Source: an uncultured Cellvibrionaceae bacterium (GTDB taxonomy: Bacteria > Pseudomonadota > Gammaproteobacteria > Pseudomonadales > Cellvibrionaceae). From it: 36,790 nt of DNA. Below the pieces are notes generated by a model. The model did no database searches. It was not told the DNA's origin and worked only from the letters and a program-made list of their open reading frames with translations. Below, piece by piece: positions 33,819 through 36,790 of the stretch (its first letter is position 1; each line of letters begins with the position of its first letter). The DNA lies in assembly GCA_964540505.1 (NCBI GenBank), contig CAZING010000004.1:2321-39110 (forward strand), read 5' to 3'. The position numbers and the translations under genes are program-made.

Positions 33819-36359
33819 TCAATTTTTAGGTCCATCGCGAAATTCGTAAACCCCGCCCGCCTCGGTGGCAATATCGACAAGGTCGCTTGCCGCGAACGAC
33901 ACAGCCGGCAGATTGACTTCTGTATGTTTAAGCGGTGGCTTTATCTCCGGCAGTTGATAGAACGCGTTGGTGTTCACGCCTTTTGCTTTTCGGACTTTGA
34001 AGCCTTGCGGTTGGGGCAGCGGCGCAAGGCTTCGAAGCCGCAGGTTGCCGCCCAGCCGCGAAACGACTTTCAGCCAGGTGACGCGGCTCTCCTTCCAGGT
34101 CATGTCCACCACGAAACCGCCGCGCATAACAAGCCCCGTCACTTTGCCCTCCGGCCAGGCAGTAGGCAGCGCGGGTAACAAAAATACCGCTCCGTCGTGA
34201 CTTTGGGCCAACATTTCAGCCACTCCCGAGGTGAAACCGAAATTGCCGTCAATTTGAAAAGGCGGGTGCGCATCCATCATGTTGGGGTAAGTGCCGCCGT
34301 CCTCGCCGAACTTGCTGTCGGGGAAGCTCGCGGGGCGAATTTGGTCGCGGATCAGTTTCAATGCTCGGTTGCCGTCGAGCAGGCGCGCCCACAGATTGAT
34401 TTTCCAGTTCATCGACCAACCGGTGGAAGGGTCGCCGCGCTGTTCGAGGCTTACCCGAGCCGCCTCGGCGAGCAGTGGCGAATGCAGGGGTGAAATCTGG
34501 TTGGACGGGTACAGCCCGTAGAGGTGGGAGACATGGCGGTGGTCATCGTTTGGGTCGTCCCAGTCGTCCAGCCATTCCTGCAATTGATGGTAGCGACCAA
34601 CCTGCATCGGTGGCAGATTTGCCAGCAAAGCGCGCCAACGCCGAGTGGCTTCTGAGTCGATGTCGAGAAGCTCGGCAGCGGCAATCGTGTGGGTAAATAA
34701 ATCGAACAGCAATTGGTTGTCCATGGTCGCACCGGCAGCCATCTTGACGCCGGTCGCGGGCGCCGGGTTCTCGGGCGACATAGACGGCGACACCACCAAC
34801 CACCCGGTTTCGGGGTCTTCCACTAAAAAGTCTTCGAAGAACACCGAGGCCTCGCGCAGGATTGCGTAGTGATTCCTTAAAAAGCGCAGATCGCCGGTAT
34901 AAAGGTATTTTTGCCAGATATGCTGGCTCAGCCAGGCGTTGCTAGTCGGCCAAGCGCCCCAGCTCCAATCGATGGCACCGCTAAACCGCCAAAGGTCGGT
35001 GTTGTGGTGCGCCATCCAACCTCGCGCGTCGTACATCTGTTGCGCCGCCGCTTGACCGGACTCGGACAAATCGCGAATCAGCGCGATAAACGGCTCGTGC
35101 AATTCGCTCAGATTGGTCACCTCTGCGGGCCAATAATTCATTTCCGCGTTAATGTTCAGGGTGTATTTGCTGTCCCAGGCAGGTTCGGACTCGGCGTTCC
35201 AAATGCCCTGCAAGTTGGCGGGTTGGCTGCCGGGCTGTGAAGACGCAATCAACAAGTAACGGCCGAACTGGAAATAAAGCGGGACCAGCGAGGGGTCGCG
35301 GCGCCCCGCGAACTTGGCGATTCTAAGGTCGGTGGGTTCATCGGCGAATTCACCCGCTGGCAGCTCGAAACTCACCCGCGCGAAGTAGTGCCGGTGCCGC
35401 GCGCTGTGCGCGGCCAAGCGTTTCGAATAGGCATTGGCCGGCTCGAAGGCGGCCTGGGCGGCGGCCATTTTGGTGCGCGCGCGCGCCTCGGCATTGCCGC
35501 TTATGTCTCTGTAGGAATTGAAATTGGTGGCAATGCTAACCAGCAGCAACGCCTCGCTCGCGCCTGTTATTTGCAAGCCTTTGGCATTACCGGTTACCGA
35601 GCCGTCGGTACTGGCGATCCGCGCAAAGTTCGCCAGGCGAACCTTGCCCTCTACGCCTTCGTGGCTTCGCCCGTGCCCCGTCATTAATAGGCTTTGGTGG
35701 CGCCCGGACACTTTGATAGGAAAGCCGTCTGGGTGCTCAAGGGTCATGAAAAAATTGAGCCCGCCCGGCTCGCTGCTGCGCAGCCGCACCACCACCACGT
35801 CATCGACCAGCGAGCTAAAAACCTCCCGCGAATGGGTGTTGGACCCGAGCGTGAAACGAGTGCGTGCCACCGCGTTTTCCAGGTCGAGCTCGCGGTAATA
35901 GTCTCGAACGTCGCCCTCGGTGTCGAAGCTCAGGCGCAGGGCTCCCGCCGATTGGTAGGGCATGCCTTGCGCGCCTTGGCTTGTGATCGCTTGTTCACCG
36001 AGCTTGGAGGCGGCTTCGAACTGACCTTCGTTTAGCAAGCGGCGGATCTCGGGCAATGCTTTGGCCGCTTTGGGGTTGAGGTTATTGTACGGACTGCCCG
36101 CCCAGAAGGTGTCTTCGTTTAGTTGCACAGTTTCTTCCGCGACGCCTCCGTAGACCATCGCCCCGAGGCGTCCGTTGCCCAGTGGCAGGGCCTCCTCCCA
36201 TCGGGCGGCGGGCTTGTCGTACCAGAGCTTCAACTGAGGGCTTGCGGTGTCCGACGCCGTGGCGGCGTGCCAAGGCAGTAACGCGACCAGTATTAATACG
36301 ACGCTATAAGACATTAAACGGGCCGGACCCAGGCGGCGGAAATTTCGAGCGACGATCAA
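33819..36359 (-). CDS. glycoside hydrolase family 95 (alpha-L-fucosidase/alpha-L-galactosidase type)
   Basis: The 846-aa ORF has the GH95 N-terminal block LWYDKPAARWEEALPLGNGRLGAMVYGGVAEETVQLNEDTFWAGSPY and the central blocks QGIWN and YTLNINAEMNYWPAE. The TTG start at 36359 is preceded by AAGGAG with a 6-nt spacer. The signal peptide is MIVARNFRRLGPARLMSYSVVLILVALLPWHAATA. Confidence 0.9.
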   Translation of the reverse strand: MIVARNFRRLGPARLMSYSVVLILVALLPWHAATASDTASPQLKLWYDKPAARWEEALPLGNGRLGAMVYGGVAEETVQLNEDTFWAGSPYNNLNPKAAKALPEIRRLLNEGQFEAASKLGEQAITSQGAQGMPYQSAGALRLSFDTEGDVRDYYRELDLENAVARTRFTLGSNTHSREVFSSLVDDVVVVRLRSSEPGGLNFFMTLEHPDGFPIKVSGRHQSLLMTGHGRSHEGVEGKVRLANFARIASTDGSVTGNAKGLQITGASEALLLVSIATNFNSYRDISGNAEARARTKMAAAQAAFEPANAYSKRLAAHSARHRHYFARVSFELPAGEFADEPTDLRIAKFAGRRDPSLVPLYFQFGRYLLIASSQPGSQPANLQGIWNAESEPAWDSKYTLNINAEMNYWPAEVTNLSELHEPFIALIRDLSESGQAAAQQMYDARGWMAHHNTDLWRFSGAIDWSWGAWPTSNAWLSQHIWQKYLYTGDLRFLRNHYAILREASVFFEDFLVEDPETGWLVVSPSMSPENPAPATGVKMAAGATMDNQLLFDLFTHTIAAAELLDIDSEATRRWRALLANLPPMQVGRYHQLQEWLDDWDDPNDDHRHVSHLYGLYPSNQISPLHSPLLAEAARVSLEQRGDPSTGWSMNWKINLWARLLDGNRALKLIRDQIRPASFPDSKFGEDGGTYPNMMDAHPPFQIDGNFGFTSGVAEMLAQSHDGAVFLLPALPTAWPEGKVTGLVMRGGFVVDMTWKESRVTWLKVVSRLGGNLRLRSLAPLPQPQGFKVRKAKGVNTNAFYQLPEIKPPLKHTEVNLPAVSFAASDLVDIATEAGGVYEFRDGPKN

Positions 36360-36790
36360 GAGAAACTCCTTTGTGCAGTGACTAAGCGGTAGGCGAACAC
36401 TACACTGGCGCGAATTGAATTGGAACTCGCTAAACGCTCGGATATCGCTCGGGCGGCTGGCTTCGAGGCGCGCACCGGATTAAGGCATCGGCAACCCGCT
36501 AATGCAGATCTTCAATATAAATGGGTCGCGGTCGCGCATCGTCCACGCGAGTACGGTTGCTTGTAATGTCAAACTCAGTCGGTTTAGCGAACAACATTGC
36601 GCAATATTATGCGTAGATAAAATATTGTCCGGTTCGACCCGGATGCACAAAATTTTTCGCAAAGGTAGACATAAATAATAAAGTTACCGAATTAATAAAA
36701 ATGGCTCGCGTAGGCCGTGAGGTCAATTTGACGGGGATTTTTCTGCCGATTTATTGGCTCTGTAGCGCACTTGAAAGGCTTCGAGGTTCG

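Noticed and set aside
36480-36790. An AT-rich right flank with short ORFs: 36480..36662 (-) of 60 aa, a 57-aa plus-strand ORF from 36503, and an open frame from the ATG at 36711 to the window end
   Set aside because: None has a recognisable motif or convincing SD. The region is most simply the promoter or upstream region of the GH95 gene and of whatever lies beyond the window. The 36711 frame could be a real gene start, but about 26 codons are too few to judge.
1-36790. A search for mobile elements, CRISPR arrays, integrase-associated tRNA sites and defence or toxin-antitoxin modules
   Set aside because: No transposase, integrase or recombinase-like ORF was found. There are no terminal inverted repeats bracketing a segment, no regularly spaced direct repeats, no tRNA or rRNA genes, and no nuclease, helicase or ATPase gene sets typical of defence islands.

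Overview
This 36.8-kb window looks like a chromosomal segment of a GC-rich gammaproteobacterium. The core gene order (serA, rpiA<>ilvA, ygfA-ssrS-zapA<>ygfB-pepP-ubiH-ubiI) is the Pseudomonas/Cellvibrionales-type layout. The polyserine-linked carbohydrases suggest a Microbulbifer/Saccharophagus-like marine polysaccharide degrader, but that is only a guess from the sequence.

Features in order:
- A 3'-truncated LpxC-family deacetylase, divergent from an Sfp-type phosphopantetheinyl transferase, an alpha/beta hydrolase and a 4HBT thioesterase.
- serA, rpiA and ilvA.
- An AT-richer gap of about 0.58 kb holding one small membrane-peptide ORF.
- The conserved zapA-6S RNA-ygfA locus with an upstream coiled-coil gene.
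- A tightly packed ygfB-pepP-ubiH-ubiI-pqiABC string.
- A short phosphofructokinase.
- An Ig-like plus CAP-domain lipoprotein.
- A caa3-architecture haem-copper oxidase (subunit II fused to cytochrome c, subunit I fused to III, and a trailing small membrane protein) with DUF2231 and HemJ/CopD-like neighbours.
- pgm behind an unusually long repeat-bearing leader.
- A four-gene carbohydrate-active cluster: GH3, a malectin-GH43 lipoprotein, a CE6-malectin enzyme with a C-terminal sorting tag, and GH95.

I found no rRNA, tRNA, CRISPR array, transposase, integrase or recognisable defence or toxin module. I also see no convincing novel multi-gene system. The most interesting material is the pair of surface-tethered enzymes carrying malectin-like modules on polyserine tethers at opposite ends. 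Several smaller oddities are listed with modest interest scores. Many long ORFs in the supplied track are antisense or alternative-frame artefacts of the high GC content and were rejected.
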